DNA of 63,483 nt, counting the filler, from Basidioascus undulatus (taxonomy: Eukaryota), in the NCBI GenBank assembly GCA_000826855.1. It is 10 parts of 10 records of this genome, joined end to end, with 100 filler letters (N's around TTAATTAATTAA, not from the genome) between each part and the next. Parts side by side here need not be neighbours in the genome. Positions count along the whole stretch, not along the records: positions 34,060 to 38,192 come from JTLS01002229.1; positions 38,293 to 63,483 come from JTLS01000223.1; 8 more parts are not named here. One strand, 5' to 3'. The position numbers were made by a program, and so were the translations under genes. The notes under the pieces are model-generated. The model searched no databases, was not told the origin of the DNA, and saw nothing but the letters and a program-made list of their open reading frames with translations. This document shows positions 36,501 through 48,818 of this stretch, in pieces. How positions within the stretch are numbered: position 1 is the first letter of the stretch; every line of letters begins with the position of its first letter.

Positions 36501-36990
36501 GGTGCGGATTGGAATGGGGGTAGAGGGAGGGGGAGAATGAATGGAATTGTGAGAATATGGCTTGCGTGACTGCTTGGGAAAGATGCCTGTGGTGGGGATT
36601 TGCGTCGCGGAATCAGTAGTATGCCCCATTTGATTAAGTGTTTGGAAGGAACATGTTGTTAGACCTGTGTAGGCGGGAGGGGCGAGTTACGTCCTTCGTT
36701 TCGAGAGCTTGGAAAGCGCAATTTGACGCTCCAGCACAGGGAATGCGTGCCTCACTTCGACGCGTCCCCGACGGGTCTCGCCTTCCTCTCCCCTTCGCCT
36801 TTCTTTTCGTCCCCTTCCTTCTTCTTTCCCATCCACTCTCTTTTCCTCTCTCGATACACCTCGATCCCTCCTGCATTTCCTTCACTCACGTCACAACTCG
36901 CTACCATGCCCCAACAAACCGCACACGCAAGCCCACAGCACACGCTCCTCGTTCGCCCGCTTGCTCGCCCGTCCATGTTCCCTCAGGAAC

Positions 36991-38192
36991 TCACCAACCT
37001 GGCATATTGATCCCGCAGTTCGTCGGCCCACCCGGCTCAGGCAAACGCACACTCGCAGTCCACGTCGTCTCCCCGTCCCCATCCTCCCACTCCTCGTTTT
37101 CCGCCGCATGCGCCCCGACCACCACGCCCGCAGGCACCTGCGCCTCCAGCTCGTCCTCCGTATCGAGCGTCGCGATCGAGCAGCTGGTCGTGCTCGATGC
37201 GCCACACAAGCTTCCGCTCGTCGCGCTGTCGCGGGGTCCCAGGTTCCCGGGAAAGAGCGCAGAGGAAAGCGTCGAGTAGCGCTGATGCCGGCGGACGACG
37301 CCGCCGCGGAGGTCAGGGAGGGGCGTGACGTAACGGGAGGAGGAGGATGAGGGGATCGGGGAGGAGGGCAGGTGGTGCGCGGCGGGGTGGGAGGAGGCGG
37401 TTGGGGAAGTGGACGGGGCAGGATGCGGAGCGGGAGAGGGGTCGCGGGAGGAGGAGCCTGAAGGGCGGGCGAAAACGGGAGGCGGAGAGTGGACGCGGTA
37501 GGAGGAGAGGGAGATGATATCGGAGGGGGTACGAGCGCCGGCTACTCCACCGCAAGAACGTCAGCACCCAAAGAATCCCACACGCACCACAAGCTCCAGA
37601 AGCAGCACACTCACCCTCCCTAAACGCCGACAAGCTGACGGCCCAGCTTAAGCGGCTCCCCGCCTCGTCCCTCTCCGCGCCGCCCATCCCCGCCTTGCGC
37701 GCGCGCATCATCTCCGCCGGCCTCCCTGCGAGGGCCATCTCCAGAAACTCCCTCGCATGCCTGCTCAGAATCGGCTGGCGCGCATCCTCGCCCGTCGTAG
37801 CGGTCGAGAGCGCCGGGCTGAGGGCGCGGGTGATCTCGGCCGCGGTCTTTGGGCTCAGGGGAGGTACGACGTCCTCCTCCTCCTCCTCCTCCTCGGCCTC
37901 GATGCTCGGGCGCTGCGGGCCGTACCCGAACGTCTCGCGCGAGGAGGTGGACTCCGCGAGGCTGTACGCGTCCGCGTCCCTGTCGGCGCGGTCGGTGCTG
38001 CACACACTGCTGGTGCTCACGCTCGTGCTGACGCTGATGCTCGCGCGTGCGGGGGACCTAGCGATCGAGCGCGCGGTGATGGTCGTTGCGGACAGCTGGG
38101 AGATGGTGCGCTCGCGGTGGGGCTCGAGTGGGGTGGATGAGGAGGAGGACTGGCGCGGGTGGAGGGGCGTGGTCGGGGGATAGAGATCGGAA
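36991..38192 (-). CDS. Hypothetical Ser/Pro/Glu-rich protein, 3' portion
   Basis: Long open frame with coding-like GC3 bias, one GT-AG intron (~37550-37614) and a stop after INMPGW. No domain was recognised. Confidence 0.6.
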
Positions 38193-38292
38193 NNNNNNNN
38201 NNNNNNNNNNNNNNNNNNNNNNNNNNNNNNNNNNNNTTAATTAATTAANNNNNNNNNNNNNNNNNNNNNNNNNNNNNNNNNNNNNNNNNNNN
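38193..38292. other. Artificial contig spacer
   Basis: N44-TTAATTAATTAA-N44. Confidence 0.99.
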
Positions 38293-38955
38293 CCTGCTCC
38301 CCCAATCCACATCCACACCCACGTCTACCGCCGCCGCCGCCGCCTCCATCTTGCACCCCACCCTGCCCGACAACCCTGCTCCGCTAAAGATTAAGCCGCG
38401 CCACTGGATCGCGTATACGCTCTTCTTTGGGGAGAAGCTCGACATCGCGGAAGTCACGAAACGAATGCGGAAGCCGGACGCGCTCAAGAGGAGCACTGTG
38501 TTGTGCGTTCGTTTGCCTTCTTCCCCTCCTCCCTTCCACCTTCCCCCTTCTTCTTTTCCTCCTGTCCCTCCCCTTCTGTCCTTTTCTCTTTACCCCGTCC
38601 TCTTTCAGTCTTCTCTGACGAGGCGTCCGGATCCAGGAACTACATCGCCGAGTCCCTCACCCTCGCGCCGGAGCTCGAACTGCCGTACGACGCCGCGCGG
38701 CTGCGCGCAGAGGTCGAGCAAAGCGAGGACTACACCCGCCGGACGTGGATGCGCAAGCACGAGCGGCTCATCAGGGCGTCCGAGTCCTTGTCTTCTTCAT
38801 CATCCACATTGGAAAGCGGCAATGAGATATTGGAGAAGACGCTGGAACGGAAGGAGAAGAAGGTGGGGACGAGGCCGTGGCAGAGTGGGGAGATGGATCG
38901 GCTTGTGGAGGAGATGCTGAGGGAAGACGGGGAGAAGGATTGGGGGAGGAGCTGA
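38293..38955 (+). CDS. 3' end of a gene resembling the C-terminal helical region of basidiomycete WRN-type 3'-5' exonucleases
   Basis: PRHWIAYTLF...MRKPDALKRSTVL|NYIAESL...LPYDAARLR. The family assignment is from recall and the nuclease domain is not in the window. Confidence 0.5.
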
Positions 38956-39239
38956 GGGGTGCTCGCTTCGCATATTGTTGCAGACCACTTACTGAACACG
39001 GCGTGTGCATGGCCGGGTTGTGTCCCTGTCGAGGCAGCGCATCGTAGAGTTGCGCATCTCACCCGAGTATCTTTGTTCTCTGAAGGATAGCAGTGGAAGA
39101 GGCAATCGTACTACCTCGGGAGCCGCTGGCCGGCGTCAGAACGCACGCCCCAACGTACCGTCCGTGGTTGCCCACCCACCACCACCGTCGCCACCTCTCT
39201 ACCTCGCCCTCGCCCCTTTCGCGCTACAATTCTGCGCAA

Positions 39240-40303
39240 ATGCCCAGCCCTGCTCTTCCCAATGAGATATGGTCCCGCATCTTCGAGCTCGCCATCGGCA
39301 ACGGCAGCAGATCCGGTCTTGCGAAGGACAATGCTGAAGACGCGGCGGCAAGCATCGCACTGGTGTGTCGTTTTTGGAATGTATGTCTAAATACTACATA
39401 CTAGACTTGTAAAATCAGGCATCCGAAGCCGAGTGGACCTTGTGGTAGCTGCTATCTGAGCCGCATCGCTACCGCTCCGTCAGTCTTTGCGGTTTTGCGG
39501 CAATCGTAGCTTTCAACCAGCTCCTGGTCTTCATCAGCTTGATGGGGCGCGAGCCACTGCGCCACTCGAAAGCCATACCTTCTTGCACGGCGTCCGACAT
39601 GGAATGGGGATACATCGATCAAACTTGCACGCTCCACCTGCTCACGTTCACCCGCAAAGTCCAGCGCGCCTCCTTGGGCGACACCGTGGGGCTTTCAACG
39701 CTTCATGCCTTCGCAACACACACAGTAGCACCCTTACTTTCCTTGAGATCGGAATCGAGGTCAAATCACCCGAGACGCTCAGCTTTCTTCGTCTCTTTGA
39801 GGAGCTCCGTGAATTGTTGCTGGATATCATCGAGACTTCCCTGTCGCGGTCAATGTTCGCCCTCGGCCTGCCTTTCTTCCTGCCCAAGCTGCGACGATTG
39901 CAGTTCCAAAGGATTCGTACTACAAGCATGAATTAGCGCACTCACTCGCCCAATGCAGCTTTCCGTCTTTGAAGGAAGCTGCTTTCGACGCTAGCGTAAG
40001 TGATTTTCTGCTCGTTTTGCGATCGCATTGTTCTCAACTCAGGATGAAGAGCATCATACGTTACCTGAGCTCATCTCGCTCTGCCCTCGCCTGCAGAGTG
40101 TTGTCTTTAGCCTTAACGTCTCAAACGTTGTCATACCTTTGGTCAGGGCGCTTCCCCCGTTGATCACCACAATTCGGTTCAAAATCAGAGGGCCCGTTCA
40201 TTGCAATGCTTCGAGAGCTGGCTCACAATGTAACTCACTTGCGTTGTCTGAAGCGCATAGATCCTGTTCCCGTCTCGTTCATCATGCTCGAGTTTCTATA
40301 TGA
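39240..40303 (+). pseudogene. F-box/LRR-like protein pseudogene
   Basis: F-box-like LPNEIWSRIFELA...IALVCRFWN followed by an intron. LRR-like blocks (LTFLEI, LRELLLDI, LPKLRRLQF, LCPRLQSVVF) are spread over several frames with stops. Confidence 0.6.
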
Positions 40304-41192
40304 ACTGAGTCCGTTGATTGTCGAACTCGCTGCGAAAAGCACCGAGGTGGTAACGCATGATTGCTAAGGCTCTTTGTTGAGCTTGTACCGAATACGGATG
40401 TGGTGTTCGTTGCCTGAACCCCCCTCTCGACTGCGCAGCCCTGCCATGCACGGTGTTTGCCTGGCGGAGTCTGTAGAATGGAGCAATATTGAAAGGGGCA
40501 AACTCGATTGTGAAGTGTTATCGAGGCGCCAGCAATCAGGCAGCGTGGCTCCTGTTCAATCGCTACGGTACTGCTACCTTTCCAGCTCCGAAGGATTCTC
40601 TCCCAATGCCCTCAGAGGTTGGAACTGTATTAAGCAGTCTTCATTATGGTTTGAGTAACAGTAATAAGTCAGCCATAGACGGGGCTGAAGCTGCGCTTGT
40701 GTCAACTCGCAGCCCAGTGGCCATATGGGAGGAAACGACACTCGCAATTCGAAGCCCATGCTCCTCAAACGCGAGTCTACCTAGGTGGTTCATGTTTATT
40801 AGGAGTCCGACTTACTGAACACGGCCTGCACATGCTTGGATCGCAGTGTTAGCCTTCGCTTGAAGTGCCTCTCAACCTAGCGTGTTGCACCGCGGCCCGC
40901 CGCCGCTGCGACCGCAGTTTACCCTTTCTGCGAATAGCGTTGAATCAAAGAAGGGAGACCACTGTCCATTAAGATAGCTATGATAATAGAAACCAAACTG
41001 AATGTATCTCAGGAAAACTGGAGTTTGGGATGGCATACTTGAGATCCGTCAGACGCAGTAACTGTTCGACGCCGTTCAAACTCCATCCAAGCACGCCTTG
41101 TTCACGACCAGGCCCCCTGACCCTCTCACCCCTGCAGCCTGCTGTTCCTCTACTCCTTACCTTCACAATCAATACACGGTTTGAAAGTTCGG

Positions 41193-43100
41193 ATGCCCCT
41201 CGTCCGACTCAGCCAGGACGACGGACCGCGCCGCTCGGCGGCATACGAGCGGTTGGGCGCACTCGCGGCGGCGCCGTACGAGGATCTGGGGCGGCGAAGG
41301 GGCAGGGGCCGAGCGGAGGGGGACCGAATGTGGTGGAGGAGAGTGCTGGATTGGGCGCCGGTCGCGGGTGAGTCCGCTGTGGAAAGGTTCTGGTGGTGTT
41401 GGAGTTGGAATGGTCTACAGACGTGTGCGGGAGCGTGTTGGTGGATATCAGGACGAGGAAGGCTGAAAGACAGCGCCACTGCAAGCGTCCACTGACATCT
41501 CTGCTCTTCTTCCCTATAGTGATCGTCCTCCTCCTTGTCTTCAGTGCACACGCATTCCTCTACACCCTCGTAGTCCAGCACCTCCTCATCCCCCCATCCA
41601 CTACACCCCAGCCGCAGCGCACGAAAGCCCTACTCTACACGCTCATCTACCTCTTTCTCCTCCTCAACTTCCTCTGGAACCTGACCGAAGCGTGCGTCCG
41701 CGACCCGGGCTACCTACTGCACCGCGGCGCGCGTGCGCGGGGCGACAACGAGGACGAGGAGGCGGTGGGGATGCTGGAAAGTGATGGGGGCGAGGACGGG
41801 GACGACGGTGGGGAGGACGAGTGGGAGCGGAAGGCAGATGGTGGGAGACGATTCTGTAGGAAATGTCGGGTCTATAAACCGGGTGAGTGGGGTATTGAGA
41901 GGGGGAGAGGGCGGTAGGACCACAGTGGGTGCTGACACGGACGCGGGGCAGATCGGACGCACCACTGCTCAACGTGCGGGCGCTGCGTCCTAAAAATGGA
42001 CCATCACTGTCCATGGATCGCGAACCGTTGCGTGGTATGTTACCTCCTCCCGCGTATCCCACATTCCCTCTAAAAGCGTCCTCCACTCAGGCTGCATGCT
42101 GACGATCGTGGCTGTCAAAACTGCAGGGCTTCAGGAACTACAAGCCTTTCCTCCTCCTCCTCTTCTACGCCACGTTGCTCTGCCTCTTCTGCGGGATCAC
42201 GTCCGCCATCGAACTCGCATCCGTCTTGAAACATGATACACCCGTACGCCCTCTTCTCCCTTCCCATCGTCTCCGAATGCGCCTTCTGACCATGCCTTTG
42301 CTTGCGTGATCAGACCAACGTGGAGCTCGCTCCCATCGAATGGGCGTTCCTCGATATCGCAGCTTTCGTGTTAGGTATGTCCCTAGGCGGGTTCTGCGCA
42401 TGGCATATCTACCTCACCCTGTACGTCTTCCCTTCCCCTTCCCTTTCCCCAATCCCTTTCCCCCTCCCCTTCTCACCCCCCTCCTCATCACAAAGTACCA
42501 ATCGCACGACCATCGAGTCCCTCGAAACCGACCGATCCGCGCACTCGCGTTCGCCCCGCTTCCGTCCTCCTCCCGGTGCCACCTCCTCCGGCGAACACCA
42601 ACGCCCGCCCTCACCTCCACCTAGACCGGGCGCCCTCCTCACGCCGTTTGAGAAGCGCAGGCTGCACGCTCTTGCGCGTGTGAATATCTGGGATCGCGGA
42701 TGGAGGAGGAATTGGACTGCGGTGTTCGGGTGGGACCGCACACGGGCGCGGGCGGGCGTGGGGTGGTGGATCTGGTTCGTGCCGCTGCAGACGGGGAGGT
42801 GCGTTCTCCATGCTCTACCTCTCATTATTCTTGTTCTTGAAGAGGGAGAGATACAAACAAAGGACTGACTGGGTGTGCAACGCCAGCTGGCGCGATGGAG
42901 CGCACCATCCCGTCGATGAGCGGCGGGCGGACGATGTGCGCAAGATTAGGGGCGAGCTGGATGCGTATTGGGCCGCGCAGGCTGCGCGGGGAGCCGCAGG
43001 CGCAGGCGCGGGGGCGGGGGACACGGACCAGGAGAGAGAGGAATGCGGGAGGGAGTGGGACGATGAGGCCGATGAGGAGCAGTGGGCAAGGTTGAGCTGA
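41193..43100 (+). CDS. PFA3: DHHC palmitoyltransferase (Pfa3-like)
   Basis: [62 protein letters not shown]. Confidence 0.88.
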
Positions 43101-43465
43101 GCATGGCTACATTGCATGGGGAAATGGGACATGGCACTGCAATCGTCCTGGGTGTCATCACTGCGCATTTTTTGTTTAATGTTTTTTGTGCGTTTTGCAG
43201 TCCAGGATACTCACCGATGGTCTGAGTCGGCCTAAGCTGCACTATTGGGCTTCCAAGCAAGGTGGAACTCGCTTGCACACGCTCAAAGAGTTTACCTGCA
43301 CGTCAAGCTTGAGATAGGCATCGGCTGCGATTGACCCATTGATACATATCTCAATACCGTACACATGTCTATTCATCAATTCCATCATTCGGTTCTTCGA
43401 AGGTCCTTCACTTCGTCTCAATCTCTTCAGGTATCATCCTTCTCCTATCTAGTGTCCCCCGCAAT

Positions 43466-46371
43466 CTAAACGCGCTCGATGTGTTCCACCTCGGTCTTCC
43501 GTCCGTGTCCCCCTCCGAACGCCTTCTCGTCGCTGAGCTCCGCTGGCGAGCTGTCGGAGGAAGACGCTGTACCGTGCTGATGGTCCTCGACGTTCGGATG
43601 GAATGCAGTTCCAGCCTCTGCAATGTGTGTTTCGTTGGTTTAGGGTGAGCTGGAGGATTCAGAACGGAGGGAATGTGAGAGACAACAGACCTTCGAACCG
43701 CGAGGCGTGGTACTCCGGCCCGATGATACAGCAGAGGATGATCCATCCTGTCGACGGGTTCTGCTGTCAGAATCTGTACCCTACTGCTTAACTTCATGGA
43801 CAATGGTACTCACCGGCGACCACGGCAATCAGGATAGCCTGCACGGTTCCGTAGTCGGGTTCGTCTTGCCCGCGAACGGAGACCCGGATGTCTTCGCCAG
43901 CCCTAGCCTGACGGTGCAGCCACCAGTGAGTGTGGGCCATTGGCTTTCACGTACCCAAAGAGTCTTCAACGGGACTTACCTCGATCTGCGCAGCTGCAGA
44001 GGAGACCATGTTTCCTGTGTTTTAGGGAGAGGTGGGCGGAGAATGAGTTTGCGGTTCGCGTAGAAATGGTGTCCAAAGACTGACCGAGTTGGTACACGGT
44101 ACCAGGGAAGACACCCCTGAATGCGGGCGGAGAAAGCTCGTTCACTTGACGTAAATGCAGAGATCAGACTCGATGTGAAAGTGGCAACGTTCAGGACGAA
44201 AACGCACAGTAAATGGCGACTGGTCCCCAGGCCCCGTTGACGCCGATCTGCGTTGAGGCATAGTTTAAATCAACCTCTGTGGCAGTGCATTCAAAAGCAG
44301 TGCAGAGCCCTACCTGAAGGAAGAATGCGCCAACTGAAGGATGTGGTCAGCAGCTGCTCTCCCAATTGCAGGCTAGCTTCGGCAAGACGTACCAGCGAGC
44401 CTATCCCAACCAGAGGGAATAATCCAAAGCGGGATGAAGACTGCCGCCCAAACGCAGAAGAAGATCATCTGTATAACATACCCGTTCCCCGCATCAGTTC
44501 AGCCCGGAAAGGTAAGCTGCAGGTAGGAAAGAGTGTCGCACGGTAATCCGTCTGCCAAAGAACTGGGAAACGAAGCCCCCAATCACGCTCCCGAGGACGG
44601 CACCGCATTCACCGACAATGTTGGCTCGCGTGGCTTGGGCCGAGGTGAACCCCTTCGAGCGCTGCATGAAGCTGTGGCAGGCGGCCGTCAGCTAAGATGG
44701 TAGGAAAGAACAGTGAAGAGGCGATGGCCTACACGACGTAGAGGTCTTGAGAACCCTGAGAGCAGAGAAGAAGGTTAACAAGCACAATAAACAGGCGAGT
44801 GACTACACAGAACGTACATGCGAGAAGAAGTTGAACCCCGTCCTTTCGATTGGGAGAACGGTGAGCAGCAGACAATGAAACAACTGGGGAGAAAGGGGGT
44901 ACATTATCATGACACCAAAGACGATGCGGGCCCAATACGTCTTGAGCTATTAGATATTAAAAAGGCGTTAAATGTTGGAAGAACTGTGGAACAGGAAGGC
45001 GCTTACCATGTTCCCAAGTTCCTGCACAAACTTCTTCGACGCGCCCTTCTCCTTGTGGGTGCCTTGGAGGCTCGCCTCTGTCCATGCCACAAATCAAGGA
45101 GAGTAAGTTCCAGCTTCCCGTGCGACGATACATGGCGAGATGGATTACCTTCACGTGCGCGGAGGAACACAGCGCTCTCGGGCAATAGGAACCTCACAAA
45201 GGCTGCGAACGCGCTGATGCCTGCCCCCGTCCAGAAGATGGAGCTGCCGCGGCCCGTACATTACGATCGTTCCCATGATCAGCTCATGTATAAATCCGGC
45301 TAGGCCTACGGACAAGTTGAGACGTACCGCCAAGTTTCGGGGACCTCGGGCACGAGCCACAGGTTGACGACGGACGCGGCGAGGTAGCCGACTGTACGGG
45401 TCAGGCAGTCAGACCTCAGTACCACTCTTTTTTAATTGAGAGAGTGTGGAGGGTGTCTCACTCGGGTACCCAGCTGAGACCGGCAAAGAATGTCAATGCG
45501 AACGAGCGACAGACAATGCCACAAAGACGTACTGTTCATGAGACCGGAGTACAGACCTGAAATTGCCGTCGTTCAGAATCTCAGTGAAGACTTGGTGCCC
45601 TCACAAAAAAATAAAACTGACCGCGCGATTCAGCTGGCATGTTCTCCATACCAGTCGCCGTCGCAAGACCCCACACCCCACCCATAGCGATGCCGAACAG
45701 GCTCCGGATAGCCAAGAACTGCTGGAAAGTCTGAACAAAGCCCGAGCCAATCTGGAGGACGCAGATTGTAAGGAGTACGCCGATCAGAGGCCACTGCAAA
45801 GAAGGAAACAGTAAGTATATCTGTTGAATGAGGCGTCGGTAAAAGCTGCTAGGGAGGGATCGCTATCCCACCTTGCGCCCGAACCGGTCTGCGATCACTC
45901 CGAAAAAGATGGACCCAGCCGAACGGAGGAGGAGGGTGAGAGTGATGGATGTCGTAAGGGTGGTGTCGTCTTCACCGAAAAATTCCCCTAGACTACGATG
46001 GGTTCAGCTACTGTCGCCCACGGAGAGCTCCAACATTTGGCTTTACCGGACGACCGTCAAGGATACGCAGAAGAACTACGTCGACCGCGATTTTAGCCCA
46101 CGTTCCGTGCCTATTTCCCAGGAGATGGAAGCCTTACATCAAATGCTAACACGAGCATCCAGATTCGTCAGCACTGGTGTCCATGGGCGACTGCAGGAAT
46201 CGACTTACAGTCTGCAAACCACGCCAACCACCCGCTCCAGAACATGGCCTGCTGGAGCCATGTGAGGGCCCGGACAGCGCGGATGGGGTTCAGCCCGTTG
46301 TCGACGGAGGGGTCGCGCTTGGGCAGGCGGGGAAGATTGACGATGAAACCGTGGACGACACCGGGCGCCAT
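43466..46371 (-). CDS. JEN1: MFS carboxylate transporter, Jen1/sialate:H+ symporter family (very intron-rich)
   Basis: ADSFDFFCVSL, SITLTLLLRS, DRFGRKWP, RSLFGIAMGGVWG, ENMPAESRG, FNFFSHGSQDLY, NELSPPAFRGVFPG, PDYGTVQAILI, GPEYHASRFE. Confidence 0.9.
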
Positions 46372-47055
46372 TGCTGCTTCAAGGAGCAGAAATGCTGCAA
46401 GGTGGCCTGGTAGAAGTTCGTAGCAAGTCGTAAAGTCCGGATCTCAGCGGGTTCGAAAGTCGAGCGGTAACTGCGTGTTGAAGCAGAGAGTGACTGTGCA
46501 GACGTTCAGACGAGGGAGGAGATGGAGATGCACCCTCTCACAACTAGAACACCATGAGCCAAGCCTCTTCTCCGTCCAGGAATACATCATAGATCATCCC
46601 AGAGCGTCGAGTTGCTCACCGGACCCCCGGATGGTTTGGGGCCGTGGGAGTCGGGGACAACCAGCTGGCTCGCCATGTCTCCACCTGCCACTGTAAGAAG
46701 TTAGTGCCCCTTGACTGCAGGCACGTGTAACGGTTAGAAGCGGTAGTGTACGGTGTATGAGTGAGTGGATCGCTGGTCAGATGAAGACTCACGTTGGCCG
46801 GTGTGACTAAGAAACGAGTTAGCCAGCCGAGGTCAGATGAGAATCATGAGAGGGTTCGAGTGACGCTGCGGATGGTGCTCTGGGAGTGGTGGAGGGCCCT
46901 GGGCCATACAGCGTACAATGTCAGTTGCTACCAATTGATCCAGTACTGATAAGTCACATGGATTGAACATGATTCGAGGGGGTGAGGGGCGCTCTGAAGT
47001 GACAGCAAAAGGCAGAAACTGGGGAATCAACCCTCTGCAGCGTTGTGCAAAAGTT

Positions 47056-47127
47056 AGGTCGGACTGGGAATCGAACCCAGATCCTTGGAATCAGAATCCA
47101 ATGTACTAACCTTTATACTATCCAACC
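47056..47127 (-). tRNA. tRNA-Gln(CTG), intronless
   Basis: Reverse complement GGTTGGA...TTGGA-TTCTGAT-TCCAA...CTGGG-TTCGATT-CCCAG-TCCGACC-T, with a downstream TTTT. Confidence 0.96.
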
Positions 47128-48045
47128 TTTTATACAGGAATAATGAACTTTAAAAGTAAGGTAGAGCGCGAACGAAATGCAAGTAAATCGTTTCAGTCTA
47201 CCTTGTGGGGATCCGTGTACCCCACAATAATTACCATGATATTCTCAAGAGAAACGACAGCAAGCGAGGCCAAGCCTATTTGAAAGCAAACGCGTGGAGC
47301 AACAGAAACCTATTCAAGAGCCTGGGGAGACATTGGAAGTGGACACAATGCAGTCTCCTGGACACCCAGATTCAGAAAACACCAATAACTGCGCCTAGGA
47401 TATTTCGAAATGGGCACAGCCAAATGAGTGCCAGGACCCTCAGATAGCAGACGCCGGTCTCTGAATCCCCCAACGGTCAGTGCATGCGAACCCGTTTTCG
47501 GGGCTCCCGCATCCTGTTGACAACTCTGGAATCAATATTCCCCTCCAAGAAATGTAACTTCAAACCTGTCTGCGCAAAAGATCAAACGGAAGACGGGATC
47601 GGTAGAAGTCTACCTTCAAAAGCGGTGAACAGCGGGAATGGGAAGCAATGCGTGGGCATTTTCTACCTTTAGGTGTTTCTTTTCAGAAGAATAGATGGGA
47701 GGAAGAAGTACTGTTTAATGTCCAGCCTATAAAGGCCACGCACTACGAATCTCCGGAACTCCTAAGCCTGGAGTCAGGGGGGAGGTCCTTGCACTGTTCC
47801 CACTGGAAGTCGGTGCGTCGGACCTCCCCAACTCATTGTCCCCCGGATACTTTCATGGTTTTGTCTGATTTCTAACTGATCTCCCCCTGACTGGCCGCGT
47901 TGTCCTGCTCTAATCGAGCGACTCTGCATTCAAGCTCGGCGCTGCCGCTTCCCAAGTCCTCTTGTTACACCACCGGATATCCTCCAAATCAACTTCATGT
48001 CCTACGGCGTGTAACGGTTTATAGACAGAGCGTTTCAGTCCGCTC

Positions 48046-48065
48046 CCATGCCATGCCATGCCATG
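48046..48065. repeat. (CCATG)4 pentanucleotide repeat
   Basis: Direct reading. Confidence 0.85.
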
Positions 48066-48818
48066 CCAGCTGCAGCAGCGCCGACTGCAGGAAAAGTTCC
48101 GCACACACTTTCTGAGGATGTTACTTGAGAAAGTCTGTAGAGATGCCAACCGGGATACGGGAAGTGAAGCAAGAACATCGTAATGAGTGCAAGTCGTGCA
48201 ACAGTGAATCTCCACCTGGTGCACCGCCGCGCTTGTCATCGATTCCATCGACCATCACCATCGAAATCACCATTTCTCTCTACCGCCAGCGCACTCACAT
48301 ATTTAAGCATACGCGACCCTTGCGGCTCAATAGCAGCATGTTCAAGCGACCGATCCTATTGTCCGGACTTCACGCACTCCATCCGAGACACAGCGCCAGC
48401 TCACTCCAGCTCACTGCTTCGTGTGTCAATTCATAATCGGAGTGGGATTTCATTCGCATCACCTGCGATCTCTACGAGCACCGTAGAGGACTATTGACGC
48501 TCAAACACACCCTTTATCGCTTACTCTTTCGTACTGGACCGACTGGCAACTAACTCCTGCGTGACCTCCGCCCCTGTCCATCTTCCTCCGCCGATCCGAC
48601 ACAGGCACTCAGGCACTTCATCGCTCGTATTCTACACCGCCCTGGCCTACTGACCGGTCCTCATCTCAATGTTGCTCTCACGTTTAAATCTCCCGATACC
48701 CTCGAGTCTCTCGCCTTTTCGCTCGCCCTCGTCCACAATCGCTCGAGCTGCCATTCGCACCTCGCTTGCTTCGAGCGAACCTCACCTTATCGATAGAGCG
48801 AGTATCGCGAAGCAGATC

